A stretch of 64,000 bases of DNA from contig NC_135261.1 in assembly GCF_964204865.1 (NCBI RefSeq), positions 7,812,001-7,876,000 on the forward strand, read 5' to 3'. The notes beneath the pieces are model-generated. The model was given only the letters and a program-made list of their open reading frames with translations. It had not been told where the DNA came from and did not search any database. Made by a program: the position numbers and the translations under genes. Position 1 is the stretch's first letter. The number at the start of each line of letters is the position of its first letter. The DNA is from Styela clava (taxonomy: Eukaryota). This document shows positions 63,951 to 64,000 of the stretch, piece by piece.

Positions 63951-64000
63951 GACCGGCGATGGTAACGACCGGATGTTAACTGATAGCCTGAGTGAAGGCC

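Overview
AT-rich, intron-containing animal genomic DNA. Gene content and short introns suggest an ascidian/tunicate (inference only). Exons were spliced by eye, so most six-frame ORFs are exon fragments or artefacts. From left to right the window holds: two tandem discoidin/FA58C-domain genes (+); an orphan type I receptor whose tail has six repeated tyrosine motifs (-); a CUB-like type I membrane protein with a Glu in its TM helix (-); a gene with two atypical FYVE fingers, an acidic (CCxxx)8 repeat and a CaaX end (-); a cluster of DNA transposons (Merlin-like MITE, piggyBac derivative, a Chapaev3 element nested in a hAT MITE); a tail-to-tail inverted pair of EGFx3-ZP-TM genes with signs of exon-restricted gene conversion; an intact CsRn1-clade Gypsy LTR retrotransposon with identical LTRs; LSM5 with a U12-type intron; a membrane-anchored sulfotransferase (-); and a decayed LINE. 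The best candidates for undescribed biology are the FYVE-(CCDLD)n-CaaX protein, the tyrosine-repeat receptor with its acidic-TM neighbour, and the EGF-ZP pair.
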